Positions 35,643 to 46,287 of a DNA stretch of 64,000 bases are shown here, in pieces. Position 1 is the stretch's first letter. The number at the start of each line of letters is the position of its first letter. Source of the DNA: Eubacteriales bacterium (GTDB taxonomy: Bacteria; Bacillota; Clostridia; Oscillospirales; QAKW01). Made by a program: the position numbers and the translations under genes. The stretch is taken from assembly GCA_045636365.1 (NCBI GenBank), contig JAZTXG010000013.1, positions 12,280-76,279 of the forward strand, given 5' to 3'. The notes beneath the pieces are model-generated. The model saw nothing but the letters and a program-made list of their open reading frames with translations, was not told the origin of the DNA and ran no database searches.

Positions 35643-36932
35643 TTAGCAAGCCCCTTTGCGGTTGTTTTTGATGAAATGATAAAGTTTAAACATGAGTGCA
35701 ACGACCATTCCAACGGCGATTGCTACGACCAAATCGAAGATGACGGTAAATAAAAATGTTATGATTGTGATAATAATATCGGGGATATTCTTGGTTTTGA
35801 CGATCTGAACAACTTCGCACCATTCGCTCATATTATAAGCGACAATAAAGAGGATGGCGGCGATGGTGGGCATCGGAATCAACGCGGCATACGGCATTAA
35901 AAAGAGTAATACCAAGAGAAGAACAACCGCGTGGACCATTCCTGCGATAGGGGTTCGACCGCCGTTTTTGATGTTTGCGGCAGTGCGGGCGATGGCGCCG
36001 GTGGCAGGGATGCCGCCAAAGAAGACGGAAGCGATATTGCCAACACCCTGCGCGACTAATTCTGCGTTTGAATTATGCTTAGAATGGACCATTCCATCGG
36101 CAACAACGCAGGAGAGCAAGGATTCGATACCGGCGAGGACGGCGATGGTGATGGCGTCCGGAAAGACGGCGATGATGGTATCGATGCTAAAATCCCAAGC
36201 GGTCGGGTCGATTTTGGGTAAACCTTCCGGAATGGTATAAAGGTCTCCGATGGTATAGACATATTGGTCTAATGCAGGAATAAACGCAACAAGCAAAGCG
36301 CTTGCAACAACAGCGATTAATGACGGCGGAATTCTTTTTTCAATCTTGGGATAAACAATCAAAATCAATAGCGAGAGTGCGCCAATCAATAAGGCTTGCC
36401 AACTAAAGGTGCCGAATGAAGCGATATTTGCCTCGATTTTTTCAATGGCTTCGATGGGTTTTAACCCTTCGGCATAGGTCAAACCAAAAAAGTCTTTGAT
36501 TTGACCGAGAAAGATGGTGACAGCGATGCCGGAAGTAAAACCAACGGTGATGGTGTGCGGAATATATTTGATCAATGTACCGAGCTTGAAGATGCCCATC
36601 AAAATTAAAAGGACACCTGCAAGGACTGTCGCTGTGATCAAACCGCTCATTCCTTGCGCCGCGACAATCCCTGCCACAACGGTGGCGAATGCGGCGGTGG
36701 GGCCGGCAATCTGAACGCGGCTGCCACCCATCAGGGAGACGATAAACCCCGCGGCAATTGCTGTATATACCCCGCAAGCGGGTTCCACACCGGAAGCGAG
36801 CGCCAACGCAATGGAAAGAGGTAAGGCAATGATGGCGACGATGATGCCGGCGATCAGATCATGGGTTAACTGATTTTTATCATAACCTTTTAAGGCATCG
36901 AATATTTTGGGTTTTAAGTAAAAATTCCTCAT
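35643..36932 (-). CDS. SulP-family inorganic anion transporter, no C-terminal STAS domain
   Basis: 429 aa. N-terminus DLIAGIIVAIIALPLSIALALASGV and repeated TM core are typical of SulP. The protein ends right after the last TM. Confidence 0.8.
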   Translation of the reverse strand: MRNFYLKPKIFDALKGYDKNQLTHDLIAGIIVAIIALPLSIALALASGVEPACGVYTAIAAGFIVSLMGGSRVQIAGPTAAFATVVAGIVAAQGMSGLITATVLAGVLLILMGIFKLGTLIKYIPHTITVGFTSGIAVTIFLGQIKDFFGLTYAEGLKPIEAIEKIEANIASFGTFSWQALLIGALSLLILIVYPKIEKRIPPSLIAVVASALLVAFIPALDQYVYTIGDLYTIPEGLPKIDPTAWDFSIDTIIAVFPDAITIAVLAGIESLLSCVVADGMVHSKHNSNAELVAQGVGNIASVFFGGIPATGAIARTAANIKNGGRTPIAGMVHAVVLLLVLLFLMPYAALIPMPTIAAILFIVAYNMSEWCEVVQIVKTKNIPDIIITIITFLFTVIFDLVVAIAVGMVVALMFKLYHFIKNNRKGAC

Positions 36933-36995
36933 AAATCTATCCTTTAAACAAAACAGATAAATAAAGCCGCCAACCCGAGGGCTGACGGCTCTTGG

Positions 36996-37072
36996 TGGTA
37001 CGCCCGACTGGATTCGAACCAGCGGCCTTCAGAGTCGGAGTCTGACGCGCTATCCAACTGCGCTACGGGCGC
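36996..37072 (-). tRNA. tRNA-Arg (anticodon CCG), CCA encoded
   Basis: The reverse complement folds as acceptor gcgcccg/cgggcgt, anticodon arm tcaga-ctCCGac-tctga, T-arm gctggttcgaatccagt. Confidence 0.88.
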
Positions 37073-37213
37073 ATTAACGTTTACTTATTATACTATTACT
37101 TATTTGAAAATGCAACTGTTTTTTCAAAATCAATGGATAGAAATCGAAAAATCTTGCTTTTTATCATTGGGTGTGTTATGATAATTTTATTATATTTGAT
37201 TGGGAGGCCGAAC

Positions 37214-37924
37214 ATGGCAAATTCCGAAATTTTCAAGACTTCTTTTAAAGGATACAATAAAGAAGAGGTTATCGCTTATATTGATAGCCTGAATCGTCAG
37301 GCAACGATGCTTCAAAAAGAATTGGATGAAGTCCATGCTCGCTTGGAGCAGATGGAAGATGAGCAGCGAGAAGATCGCGAAGAGCAGCAGCGTGTAGCGG
37401 CAGATGCGGAAGAGCTTCGCGCCTCTGTCGTCGAAGAGGTGACGGCTGAACTTTACGAGCAATTGCGGGATCAGATCGCCGAAGAATTGCGCCCTTCCAT
37501 TGAAAAGGAAATGCGGCAAAAGGTGGAGATCGAGATGGCGCCGAAATACGAGGCGGTCGCTCGCTCCGAAATCAATCAGCGCATTCAGAGCCAGGCGGAT
37601 GAAATTCAGGAATTACGCAGAAGAGCGCAACTTTATGATGATAACCGCGAAGTCTTGGCCGATCTGATGATTAAGGCAAAAACCGATGCCGAAGCAATCA
37701 TTCAAGATGCGAAGGATCGTGCAAAGGCTTTGCGCGAGGATGCGGAGCAACGGTATCGCTTGCTGATTTCTGATTATAAGGCGTTGAAATCCAATGTTTT
37801 GGCGGAACGAAGAGAAGCGGCAGAACGAATGAGCACTGCATTAAGAGCCTTGGATGATTTTGAAAAACGTTTTTCTTGCATCGATCAGGATATTGCCAAC
37901 TCAATGGCGCACTTAGCTGAATAA
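37214..37924 (+). CDS. DivIVA-domain coiled-coil protein
   Basis: Start after GGGAGG. N-terminus FKTSFKGYNKEEVIAYIDSL is a DivIVA-type motif, followed by a long E/R/Q-rich coiled coil. Confidence 0.65.
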   Translation: MANSEIFKTSFKGYNKEEVIAYIDSLNRQATMLQKELDEVHARLEQMEDEQREDREEQQRVAADAEELRASVVEEVTAELYEQLRDQIAEELRPSIEKEMRQKVEIEMAPKYEAVARSEINQRIQSQADEIQELRRRAQLYDDNREVLADLMIKAKTDAEAIIQDAKDRAKALREDAEQRYRLLISDYKALKSNVLAERREAAERMSTALRALDDFEKRFSCIDQDIANSMAHLAE

Positions 37925-37955
37925 TAAAAACCGGAAGAATTTTTCTTCCGGTTTT

Positions 37956-39209
37956 TTATATATGGCAGCCGGGCAAGGTGCAAAAGGAAGAAACTTCGCC
38001 CGGTTCGTTTGGAACGGTATAGTTCTTCAAATGTCGATGCAGGCAACCGCCGCGAACAATACAATTAAATCCATAGCGATCCCGCAGTTGATCAACGGTT
38101 TGATCTAAGGTCTGCTCCTTGACTCGTTCGTTGTTCAGATCCCAGAGCGTGAGCTGAAGATCGCCGCTATCGGGGGATAGTTTGGAAACGCCCAGCCCAA
38201 TGCATCGGATGGGAACGGAAAGATCGTAATGCTGCTGAAACAGAGCATAACACTCGTTGGCAATTTCTGCGGCATTATTGGTGGGAAGGGAGAGGGCGCG
38301 CTGGCGGGTAATGGTGCGAAAATGCGTATCTCGAATAAACAGTGTGATCAAGGTTCCATGGAGCTGTTTGCGACGCATACGTGAAGAAACCTGCTCTGCC
38401 AAGAGCATCAATTGCATTCGAACATCGTCGGGTGTCACAAGATCTTCTGAGGAAGTGACAGAATTGCTGATGGATTTGACCTCGGGCGGCTCTAATACAT
38501 CGATTCCGATGTGCTCGGATCCGATGGCATATTGGTAAAGTGTGGTTCCCGATTTTCCAAGTAAAAGTTTTAAAAAGTTCGGGTCGGTTTCCGCTAAATT
38601 TCCAATGGTTCGAATTCCGTGTTGATATAATTTTTCTCTGGTAGCTCTTCCCACAAACAGAAGGTCGGAAACAGGAAGAGGATGGACGATGGATTTAAAA
38701 TTATCTTTGGAAATGATGGTGGTTGCGTCCGGTTTGTTTAGATCGCTCCCTAATTTTGCAAAAATTTTATTGTAGGAAACACCGATCGATACGGTCATTC
38801 CCAGTTCTTCTCTGATTTTCTTGCGGATTTCATAGGCGATTTTTGCACCGCATCCAAAAAGACGAGTGCTGCCGGTGACATCCAGCCAGGCTTCGTCGAT
38901 GCCGAAGGGTTCGATTTTATCGGTATATTGACGATAAATTTGATGGACCAGTTTGGAATAATGATGATATGCGGGCATATCGGGTTTAACTAAAATTAAA
39001 TCTTTGCATTTTTGACGCGCTTCCCAAATGGTTTCGCCGGTGCGAACACCGAAGTTCTTTGCTTCTTGGCTTTTGGCTAATATGATTCCGTGGCGCTTTT
39101 CCGGATCGCCGGCCACAGCGAAACATTTTCCGCGCAGAAGCGGGTTTTTGACCGCTTCAACCGAAGCAAAAAAGTTATTTAAATCTGAATGTAAAATGAT
39201 ATGTTCCAA
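37956..39209 (-). CDS. dinB: DNA polymerase IV (Y-family)
   Basis: MEHIILHSDLNNFFASVE..., IDEAWLDVT and SIGVSYNKIFAKLGSD match DinB. Confidence 0.9.
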   Translation of the reverse strand: MEHIILHSDLNNFFASVEAVKNPLLRGKCFAVAGDPEKRHGIILAKSQEAKNFGVRTGETIWEARQKCKDLILVKPDMPAYHHYSKLVHQIYRQYTDKIEPFGIDEAWLDVTGSTRLFGCGAKIAYEIRKKIREELGMTVSIGVSYNKIFAKLGSDLNKPDATTIISKDNFKSIVHPLPVSDLLFVGRATREKLYQHGIRTIGNLAETDPNFLKLLLGKSGTTLYQYAIGSEHIGIDVLEPPEVKSISNSVTSSEDLVTPDDVRMQLMLLAEQVSSRMRRKQLHGTLITLFIRDTHFRTITRQRALSLPTNNAAEIANECYALFQQHYDLSVPIRCIGLGVSKLSPDSGDLQLTLWDLNNERVKEQTLDQTVDQLRDRYGFNCIVRGGCLHRHLKNYTVPNEPGEVSSFCTLPGCHI

Positions 39210-39323
39210 ACTAAAATATCCCCCAAAAAGAACAAATGTTCTATAATAATTATACCATTTAAATATGAAAAGTCAATGAAAATGTTTTGGTAAATCGGGC
39301 ATACTTTTTTGGGGTGATAAAAT

Positions 39324-40922
39324 ATGGTACGTCGGTCAAATTGGTTTTACATTGGGCTTGTCTTGGCGTTTACAAGTGTTTTAATGCGGTGCTTTATTCT
39401 TTGCTTTGGCGAAAATTCTAAAACAGCTCAAAAAACAGTGAGCGGAAGGCAAGGGGCAATCACGCTTTACAGAACCAGAGGGTTGATTTATGATGAGAAT
39501 TTGGAAGAAATTGCCGGAAATCAACCGTGCTTATATGCGGTGATCGATCCGCGGGAATTTCCCAGAGAAAAGATGGATGTTTTGCTTAGAAAAAGCAAAG
39601 GAACCGAGAGCAAAATCAGAGAGAACTTAAAAAAGGAAACGCCATTTATTTTAAAATTGAAAGAGGCCCTTCCTTCGCTGGATGGGGTGACGATTTTTGA
39701 AGGGGAAGATCGTTACAGCGGAATTGCACCTCATTTGCTGGGTTATTTGGACGAGGCGGGTGAGGTTGGCGTTGCCGGCGTTGAAAAGGAATATGATTCA
39801 TTTTTGAATTTGTTTTCATCCGAAGTCACTGTGCATTATTCCGCGGATGCGCTCAACGGATTGATTGCAGGTTTGGGAATAGAAACAAAGGAAGAGGAAG
39901 CGACCGAAAACGGAATTGTTCTTAGCCTGAATAAAGACTTGTGTGTTGCATTGGAACAGTCGATGGATCGATATGTTGATGTTGGTGCGGCGGTGATTTT
40001 GAATTGTAAAAACGGGGAGTTAAAAGCGGTTTGCTCAAATCCGAGTTATGAGGAAGAGCGGATTGCGGAATATTTAGAGTCCAAAGAAGGGGAACTGATT
40101 AATCGTGCATTCAGTGCTCAAACGGTTGGTTCGGTTTTTAAGATTATTGTTGCCGCTTGTGCGCTGGAAGCGGGAATGGAGGATTTTAAATATATCTGCA
40201 ACGGCGGAATTCAGATCAACGATTATACGTTTGCTTGTCATCACAGCAACGGTCATGGAAAAATAGGATTGGAAAAGGCCTTTGCAGAATCTTGTAATGC
40301 GTATTTTATTGCAGTTGGTCAGTTGCTTGGTTATGAAAAGTTGTCTGAAATGGCGCATCGATTTGGCTATGATGAAAAGATTGATGTATTAGGATCGATT
40401 TCTGCATCCAAAGGGACATTTTCGGTCAAGGGAAGTAATATTTCGCTGGCGAATATGAGTATTGGGCAAGGAGAATTAACTTCCTCGCCGCTGCAGGTTG
40501 CGAGAATGACCGCGGTGATTGCAAACGGAGGGGTGCTGCAAGAGGTTCAACTTTTGAAGGGCACATATATTAACGGAAAAATCAAAAAGGCAAAAATAAT
40601 GGGAGAAGGCAAAGAAATTTTGAGCAAAGAAAATGCCGAAAAATTAAGCCGATATTGCATTGAAACGGTGGAAAACGGGACCGGAGAAGAAGCAAAACCG
40701 AGTTATATGAAAGCGGGCGGAAAGACAGCAAGTGCACAAACCGGAATCATAAAAGACGGAAAGGAAAAAATAAACACCTATTTTACCGGCTTTTATCCGG
40801 CGGAAGATCCGCAATATGTCATCACCGTTTTTGCAGAAAACGGAGTTTCCGGCGGAAAAACTTGCGGGCCGGTATTTCGAGAAATGTGTGATTTTATCAG
40901 CGAAAATCACTTGACAGAATAG
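39324..40922 (+). CDS. Class B penicillin-binding protein / transpeptidase (FtsI/SpoVD-like)
   Basis: 532 aa. N-terminal TM, SxxK (GSVFK), SxN (ESCN) and a K(T/S)G-like GGKTASAQTG. Confidence 0.8.
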   Translation: MVRRSNWFYIGLVLAFTSVLMRCFILCFGENSKTAQKTVSGRQGAITLYRTRGLIYDENLEEIAGNQPCLYAVIDPREFPREKMDVLLRKSKGTESKIRENLKKETPFILKLKEALPSLDGVTIFEGEDRYSGIAPHLLGYLDEAGEVGVAGVEKEYDSFLNLFSSEVTVHYSADALNGLIAGLGIETKEEEATENGIVLSLNKDLCVALEQSMDRYVDVGAAVILNCKNGELKAVCSNPSYEEERIAEYLESKEGELINRAFSAQTVGSVFKIIVAACALEAGMEDFKYICNGGIQINDYTFACHHSNGHGKIGLEKAFAESCNAYFIAVGQLLGYEKLSEMAHRFGYDEKIDVLGSISASKGTFSVKGSNISLANMSIGQGELTSSPLQVARMTAVIANGGVLQEVQLLKGTYINGKIKKAKIMGEGKEILSKENAEKLSRYCIETVENGTGEEAKPSYMKAGGKTASAQTGIIKDGKEKINTYFTGFYPAEDPQYVITVFAENGVSGGKTCGPVFREMCDFISENHLTE

Positions 40923-40959
40923 GAAAATATGATATACTAAAAAAGTATGGTGATGACGA

Positions 40960-41165
40960 AAAATCCCGCTTTTTCGGCTGCGTACAGAGAGAAAAGCATT
41001 GGTGAGAGCTTTTTGCAGAGGGGGATGCGGTGGCTGTTTTTCCGAATCATACCGTAAAGTCGGCGTTAACGGCAAAGGAAAGAGTGGCACTTTCGTGCAA
41101 TTAGGGTGGTACCGCGGAGATTGATCCGTCCCTATTTGTCCGAGGTGCTTTTTATATTTTAAAGG
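40960..41165 (+). promoter_or_regulatory. T-box leader upstream of alaS (candidate specifier GCU)
   Basis: Stem-I acAGAGAgaaaagcattGGTGAGAGc, gGCUg in the candidate specifier region, and canonical T-box AATTAGGGTGGTACCGCGG (about 41099-41117). Confidence 0.8.
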
Positions 41166-41179
41166 AGAAGGTTTGTTTT

Positions 41180-43804
41180 ATGAAGTACATGGGTTTGAAT
41201 GAAATCAGAGAAAAGTATCTTTCGTTTTTTGAATCGAAGGATCATTTGCGGTTAAACAGTTTTTCGTTGGTACCGCATAACGATAAATCGTTGCTGCTGA
41301 TCAACTCGGGTATGGCACCGATGAAGAAGTTCTTTACCGGTGAAGTAAAACCGCCGAGAAACAGAGTTACCACCTGCCAGAAATGTATTCGTACTCCCGA
41401 TTTGGAGCGTGTGGGCCATACCGCTCGTCACGGTACTTATTTTGAGATGCTCGGAAACTTTTCTTTTGGTGATTATTTCAAAGAGCAGGCAATCCAATGG
41501 GCGTGGGAGTTTTTGACTGAGACGATGGAGATCCCTGCCGATCTGCTTTGGCCTTCCATTTATGAAAGCGATGATGAAGCTTATGCGATCTGGAAGGATC
41601 AGATTGGCGTTCCCGAAGAGCGTATTGTTCGTTTGGGCAAAGCGGATAACTTTTGGGAACACGGAACCGGTCCTTGCGGTCCTTGCAGCGAGATTTATTT
41701 TGATCGCGGGGAAAAATACGGATGCGGCTCTCCCGATTGCAAACCCGGTTGTGAATGCGATCGTTATATGGAGATCTGGAACAACGTTTTCTCTCAATTT
41801 AATAATATGGGCGACGGCACATATACCGAATTGGAGAATAAAAATATCGATACCGGTATGGGCTTGGAGCGTCTGGCTTGCGTCATTCAGGGTGTCGACA
41901 ATATGTTTGAGGTTGATACCATTCGCAATATTTTGGATCGTGTATGTGAGATTGCCAATGTTACTTATGGTAAGGATGCGAAAAATGATATTTCTATCCG
42001 CGCCATTACCGACCACGCTCGTGCATCTACCTTTATGATTTGCGACGGTGTTATCCCTTCCAATGAAGGCCGCGGATATGTTTTGCGCCGGTTGATTCGT
42101 CGCGCGGCACGTCACGGTAAATTACTTGGTATCGATAAACCATTCTTGCAGGATCTTTGCGATGTTGTTATCCGCGAAAACAAAGCGGGTTACCCCGAAC
42201 TGGTGGAAAAAGAATCCTTAATTAAAAAGGTAATTTCTTATGAAGAGGCCGCATTCTCCAAGACCATCGATCAAGGTCTTTCCATTTTAGAAGAATTGAT
42301 CAAAAAGGGCGGCGTGCTTTCCGGTGCGGATGCATTTAAGCTTTATGATACCTATGGATTCCCTCTGGACCTTACCCGCGACATTCTGGAAGAAAAGGGA
42401 ATGACTGTAGACGAAGAAGGCTTTGCCAAATTGATGGAAGAGCAGCGCAATCTGGCGCGGGATTCCAGAAAGGCATCCGATGGCGAATCCTGGAAGAGCG
42501 ACGAAGTTTCGCTCGATGGTATCGAAAAGACCATCTTCCTCGGCTATGAGAAGGATTCTAACGAAGCTTCCATCCTTGCGTTGATTGCGGATGGTGAGAG
42601 AAAAGATACGGTTTTGGAAGGCGAAAAAGCCATTGTAATCTTGGGCGAAACTGCGTTCTATGGTGAAGGCGGCGGTCAGGTCGGCGATAGCGGTGTTATT
42701 GAAACTGAAAATGCCCGCTTTGTTGTTGAAAATACAACTAAGAATGCAAGCGGTGTATTTATGCATCTGGGCAAATTGGAAAGCGGCGCTTTGAGCGTTG
42801 GCGATAAGGTTTGCGCGACCATTGATACGCAGCGTCGTACTGCGATCCGCAGAAACCATACCGCGGCGCATCTGCTGCAAGCGGCTTTGCGCGAAGTTCT
42901 CGGCAACCATGTCGAGCAGGCGGGCCAGCTGGTGAATGAACGCGCAGTTCGTTTCGATTTTACCCACTTTTCCGCAATGACTGCAGAAGAACTGAATGCG
43001 GTTGAAAAACGCGTGAATGAGATCATTTTGAGCGGTATTGAAGTCTTAAATTACGAGACAAGCATTGAAGAAGCCCGCGAAAAAGGCGCGATGGCTTTGT
43101 TTGGCGAAAAATACGGCGATCGTGTTCGTGTGGTTGAAGTGCCCAATGCTTCGATTGAGCTTTGCGGTGGTACCCATATTCAAAATACCGGTAAAATGGG
43201 CTTGTTTAAGATTGTCGGCGAAAACGGTGTTGCATCGGGTGTTCGTCGAATTGAAGCGGTTACCGGCAGCGGTGTTCTGGACCTTTTGGATCAGTACCAA
43301 AAAGAAATCGGCGAAGCAGCCGCGGCTTTGAAATGCAATTCTGTTCAGAATTTGTTGCCCAAATGCCGTTCCTTGATGGAAGAAGTTAAGACCTTGAATA
43401 ATGCTCTTGCCGCTGCCAATAAAAAGATGGCCGAGCAGCAATCCGGCGCGATGTTTGAAAATGCTCCGGTGGTTGATGGTATTCAGATTGTTACCGCGAC
43501 CTTAAAGGGTGGCGATGTCAAGACCTTGCGTGAATTGGGCGATGATCTGAAGGCAAATCATAATAATTTTGTTGCTGTTTTGGCGAATATCTGCGGCGAA
43601 AAGGGTAATTTACTGGCGGTCAGCAGTAAGGAAGCAATCGATAAGGGCATTCTTGCCGGAAAATTGATTGCTATGGTTGCCGGTGTTACCGGCGGCAAAG
43701 GCGGCGGTAAGCCCGATAGCGCTATGGCGGGTATGGGCGATGTTTCCAAAGCGGCGGATGCTTTGGAGCAGGTAGAGGCGTTTGTTCGTTCGATGATGAA
43801 ATAA
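41180..43804 (+). CDS. alaS: Alanine--tRNA ligase
   Basis: 874 aa. FFESKDH..., WNNVFSQF, the editing-domain HTAAHLL motif and a C-terminal DHHA1-like region. Confidence 0.95.
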   Translation: MKYMGLNEIREKYLSFFESKDHLRLNSFSLVPHNDKSLLLINSGMAPMKKFFTGEVKPPRNRVTTCQKCIRTPDLERVGHTARHGTYFEMLGNFSFGDYFKEQAIQWAWEFLTETMEIPADLLWPSIYESDDEAYAIWKDQIGVPEERIVRLGKADNFWEHGTGPCGPCSEIYFDRGEKYGCGSPDCKPGCECDRYMEIWNNVFSQFNNMGDGTYTELENKNIDTGMGLERLACVIQGVDNMFEVDTIRNILDRVCEIANVTYGKDAKNDISIRAITDHARASTFMICDGVIPSNEGRGYVLRRLIRRAARHGKLLGIDKPFLQDLCDVVIRENKAGYPELVEKESLIKKVISYEEAAFSKTIDQGLSILEELIKKGGVLSGADAFKLYDTYGFPLDLTRDILEEKGMTVDEEGFAKLMEEQRNLARDSRKASDGESWKSDEVSLDGIEKTIFLGYEKDSNEASILALIADGERKDTVLEGEKAIVILGETAFYGEGGGQVGDSGVIETENARFVVENTTKNASGVFMHLGKLESGALSVGDKVCATIDTQRRTAIRRNHTAAHLLQAALREVLGNHVEQAGQLVNERAVRFDFTHFSAMTAEELNAVEKRVNEIILSGIEVLNYETSIEEAREKGAMALFGEKYGDRVRVVEVPNASIELCGGTHIQNTGKMGLFKIVGENGVASGVRRIEAVTGSGVLDLLDQYQKEIGEAAAALKCNSVQNLLPKCRSLMEEVKTLNNALAAANKKMAEQQSGAMFENAPVVDGIQIVTATLKGGDVKTLRELGDDLKANHNNFVAVLANICGEKGNLLAVSSKEAIDKGILAGKLIAMVAGVTGGKGGGKPDSAMAGMGDVSKAADALEQVEAFVRSMMK

Positions 43805-43815
43805 GGAGAAGGAAA

Positions 43816-44157
43816 ATGAACGATTGTATTTTTTGTAAGATTGCTGCAGGGGAGATTCCCAGCAATAAGGTTTATGAAGATGATCAGGTTCTTGCCTTTT
43901 ATGATCTGAATCCTAACGCGAAAGTTCATGTTCTTATTATTCCCAAAGAACATATTGCCAATGTGGCCGAAATTGATGAAACCAATAGTGCGGTAATCGC
44001 CCACATTTTTGAGGTGATTGCAAAGCTGGCCAAGGAATTGAATTTGGATAAAGGGTTCCGTGTTGTAAGCAATTGCAAGGAATATGCAGGTCAAAGTGTT
44101 TTCCATCTTCATTTTCATCTTTTGGGCGGCGAGCAGCTTTCGATGAAAATGTGCTGA
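43816..44157 (+). CDS. HIT-family (histidine triad) protein
   Basis: 113 aa. CIFCKI N-terminus and HLHFHLLGG triad. Confidence 0.88.
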   Translation: MNDCIFCKIAAGEIPSNKVYEDDQVLAFYDLNPNAKVHVLIIPKEHIANVAEIDETNSAVIAHIFEVIAKLAKELNLDKGFRVVSNCKEYAGQSVFHLHFHLLGGEQLSMKMC

Positions 44158-44169
44158 GAGGTGAAAATA

Positions 44170-44709
44170 ATGAATACATATAAACTGAAAGTTGCAGGAT
44201 TAGAGCGGGATTTGCCGATCTGCCCTGTGAATGAACATCTGGATATTGCGGCATTTGTTATTTTCGGCGATGTTGAATTGACCGAGGCGTGCGCGGCGGA
44301 ATTGATTAAAAAAATGCCTCCCCATGATGTTATGATCACCGCGGAATCCAAAGGAATCCCCTTGATTCACGAAATGGCGCGCCAGACCGGGGAAAACCGT
44401 TATGTATTGGCAAGAAAAGCGCCGAAACTCTATATGAAGGATATCTTCACGGTTGAAGTAAACTCCATCACAACCGAGAAAAAGCAGATTCTTTGCATCG
44501 ATGGCGAAGATCGGGATGCAATGAACGGAAAGCGCGTTGTTATTGTGGATGATGTTATTTCCACCGGCGAATCGTTGCTGGCTTTGGAGAAATTGGTCAC
44601 CGAAGCAGGCGGCGAGATTGTCGCTAAGATGGCGATCCTCGCAGAAGGAGATGCTATTGAACGGGATGATATCATCACCTTGGCTCCGTTGCCGTTATTC
44701 TTCAAATAA
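44170..44709 (+). CDS. Purine (adenine/xanthine-type) phosphoribosyltransferase-family protein
   Basis: PRPP-binding loop VVIVDDVISTGES. Confidence 0.7.
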   Translation: MNTYKLKVAGLERDLPICPVNEHLDIAAFVIFGDVELTEACAAELIKKMPPHDVMITAESKGIPLIHEMARQTGENRYVLARKAPKLYMKDIFTVEVNSITTEKKQILCIDGEDRDAMNGKRVVIVDDVISTGESLLALEKLVTEAGGEIVAKMAILAEGDAIERDDIITLAPLPLFFK

Positions 44710-44739
44710 TAAAAAGAGCGATGCTGATGCATCGCTCTT

Positions 44740-46014
44740 TTAAATTGGTTCGCCGATTAAGCCTTCGTTGTCCTTGGCGGTGATTTTAATGATGGTCGGT
44801 GATTTGCTCAAAGCCCCTTTCCAGCGAATAGGGCAATAGTTTGCGGTTGTTCCGTAGATATAGCCATTCTTTTCTTCCTCAGGCATAATTTTTTGCTCCG
44901 TTCCGAGCATTGTTTCCCAGAAATCAAGGCGGTTCTTTTCTTCGATTTCTTCCATTGCCTTAACACGCTCGGCTTTAATGCTTTTGGTCAGCTGGTCGGG
45001 CATTTTTGCAGCTTTAGTCCCTTCGCGCGCAGAATAGGGGAAGATATGAATTTTTGCAAATTTCATTTCATCGGCAAAGCGCAGGCTTTCTTCGAAATCT
45101 TCTTGGGTTTCCCCGGGAAAACCAACGATGATGTCGGTGGTTATAGAGCAATTTTTGAAGGTGGAGCGAAGCAAACGGACTGCTTGGCGATAATCCTCTG
45201 CCGAATAATGGCGATTCATTGCACGCAAAGTTTTGTCGCACCCGCTTTGCAAGGAAAGATGAAAATGAGGGCAAAGGGCGGGGATATCTTTGATTTCGTT
45301 CAAAAATTCCTCCGTTATAATCCGCGGTTCCAACGAGCCTAAGCGGATTCGTTCAATTTCTTTAACGGATGCAACCATCTTGATTGCTTTTTCCAGGCAA
45401 GGAGTGCCATTTTCTTTGCCGTAGGAGCCCAGATGGATACCGGTCAATACAATTTCGCGGTATCCGTTTTTGGAAAGCGCAGAGGCTTCTTTTTTGATGA
45501 TCTCCAACGGTTTGGAGCGAATCTTTCCGCGGGCAAAGGGGATCAAACAATAGGAACAATAGTTTTCGCAACCATCTTCGATTTTTAAAACAGCGCGTGT
45601 CTTTTCGGCAAAGGTTCGGATTTCTTCTTGCTCTAAGGTTCCGCAATTATCCACATCGACGATTTGTTCTCTGTCTTTTAAAAATCGCTCGATGTATGCG
45701 AGGATATCTTTGCGGTTGGACGTTCCGATGATAATATCTGCCCCTTTGAGGGATGCTGCAGCCTGCGGCGCCACTTGGGCAAAACATCCACAAATAATCA
45801 GAATACTATTGGGGTTTAAGCGTTTGGCGCGCGCTGTGATTTGGCGGGATTTTTTATCCGAGATCTGCGTGACGGTGCAGGTGTTTACGACATAGACATC
45901 AGCCGATTGACTGAACGGGACAGTCTGATAGCCGGCATTTTCCAGTTGTTCGCGCATTAATTGGGTATCGTATTGGTTTACTTTGCAACCAAGGGTATAG
46001 TAAGCGGCTTTCAT
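44740..46014 (-). CDS. mtaB: Radical-SAM methylthiotransferase MtaB/MiaB-like
   Basis: Start at [17 protein letters not shown], after AAAGGAG. Radical SAM motif CENYCSYC and a TRAM-like C-terminus. Confidence 0.85.
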   Translation of the reverse strand: MKAAYYTLGCKVNQYDTQLMREQLENAGYQTVPFSQSADVYVVNTCTVTQISDKKSRQITARAKRLNPNSILIICGCFAQVAPQAAASLKGADIIIGTSNRKDILAYIERFLKDREQIVDVDNCGTLEQEEIRTFAEKTRAVLKIEDGCENYCSYCLIPFARGKIRSKPLEIIKKEASALSKNGYREIVLTGIHLGSYGKENGTPCLEKAIKMVASVKEIERIRLGSLEPRIITEEFLNEIKDIPALCPHFHLSLQSGCDKTLRAMNRHYSAEDYRQAVRLLRSTFKNCSITTDIIVGFPGETQEDFEESLRFADEMKFAKIHIFPYSAREGTKAAKMPDQLTKSIKAERVKAMEEIEEKNRLDFWETMLGTEQKIMPEEEKNGYIYGTTANYCPIRWKGALSKSPTIIKITAKDNEGLIGEPI

Positions 46015-46142
46015 AACTGCTCCTTTCTTCGTTTTAATGACTTTATATATGATATCAAAAAAAAGATGGTTTTTCAAGGCAGAATTTCAAAAATGGGTAT
46101 TGACTTTTGTGATAGGCGTTGCTATAATAGTAAAGCATTTGA

Positions 46143-46227
46143 GCGAGAGTGGCGGAACTGGCAGACGCGCACGTTTGAGGGGCGTGTGGTTAACACCGTA
46201 CGGGTTCAAGTCCCGTCTTTCGCACCA
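46143..46227 (+). tRNA. tRNA-Leu (anticodon GAG), long variable arm, CCA encoded
   Basis: Acceptor gcgagag/ctttcgc (includes G-U pairs), anticodon arm cacgt-ttGAGgg-gcgtg, T-arm gggttcaagtcccgt. Terminator atccgaac...gttcggat + ttttttt follows. Confidence 0.85.
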
Positions 46228-46287
46228 TGATCCGAACTCAGCAGCTGTTGGGTTCGGATTTTTTTATGTTGAAATTGGAGAAGTAAT

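Noticed and set aside
32754-37072. Intact integrative element or prophage between tRNA-Thr and tRNA-Arg
   Set aside because: No integrase, excisionase, transposase or phage structural genes are present. The duplicated tRNA end brackets only 72 nt. It is reported only as a scar plus accessory stretch.
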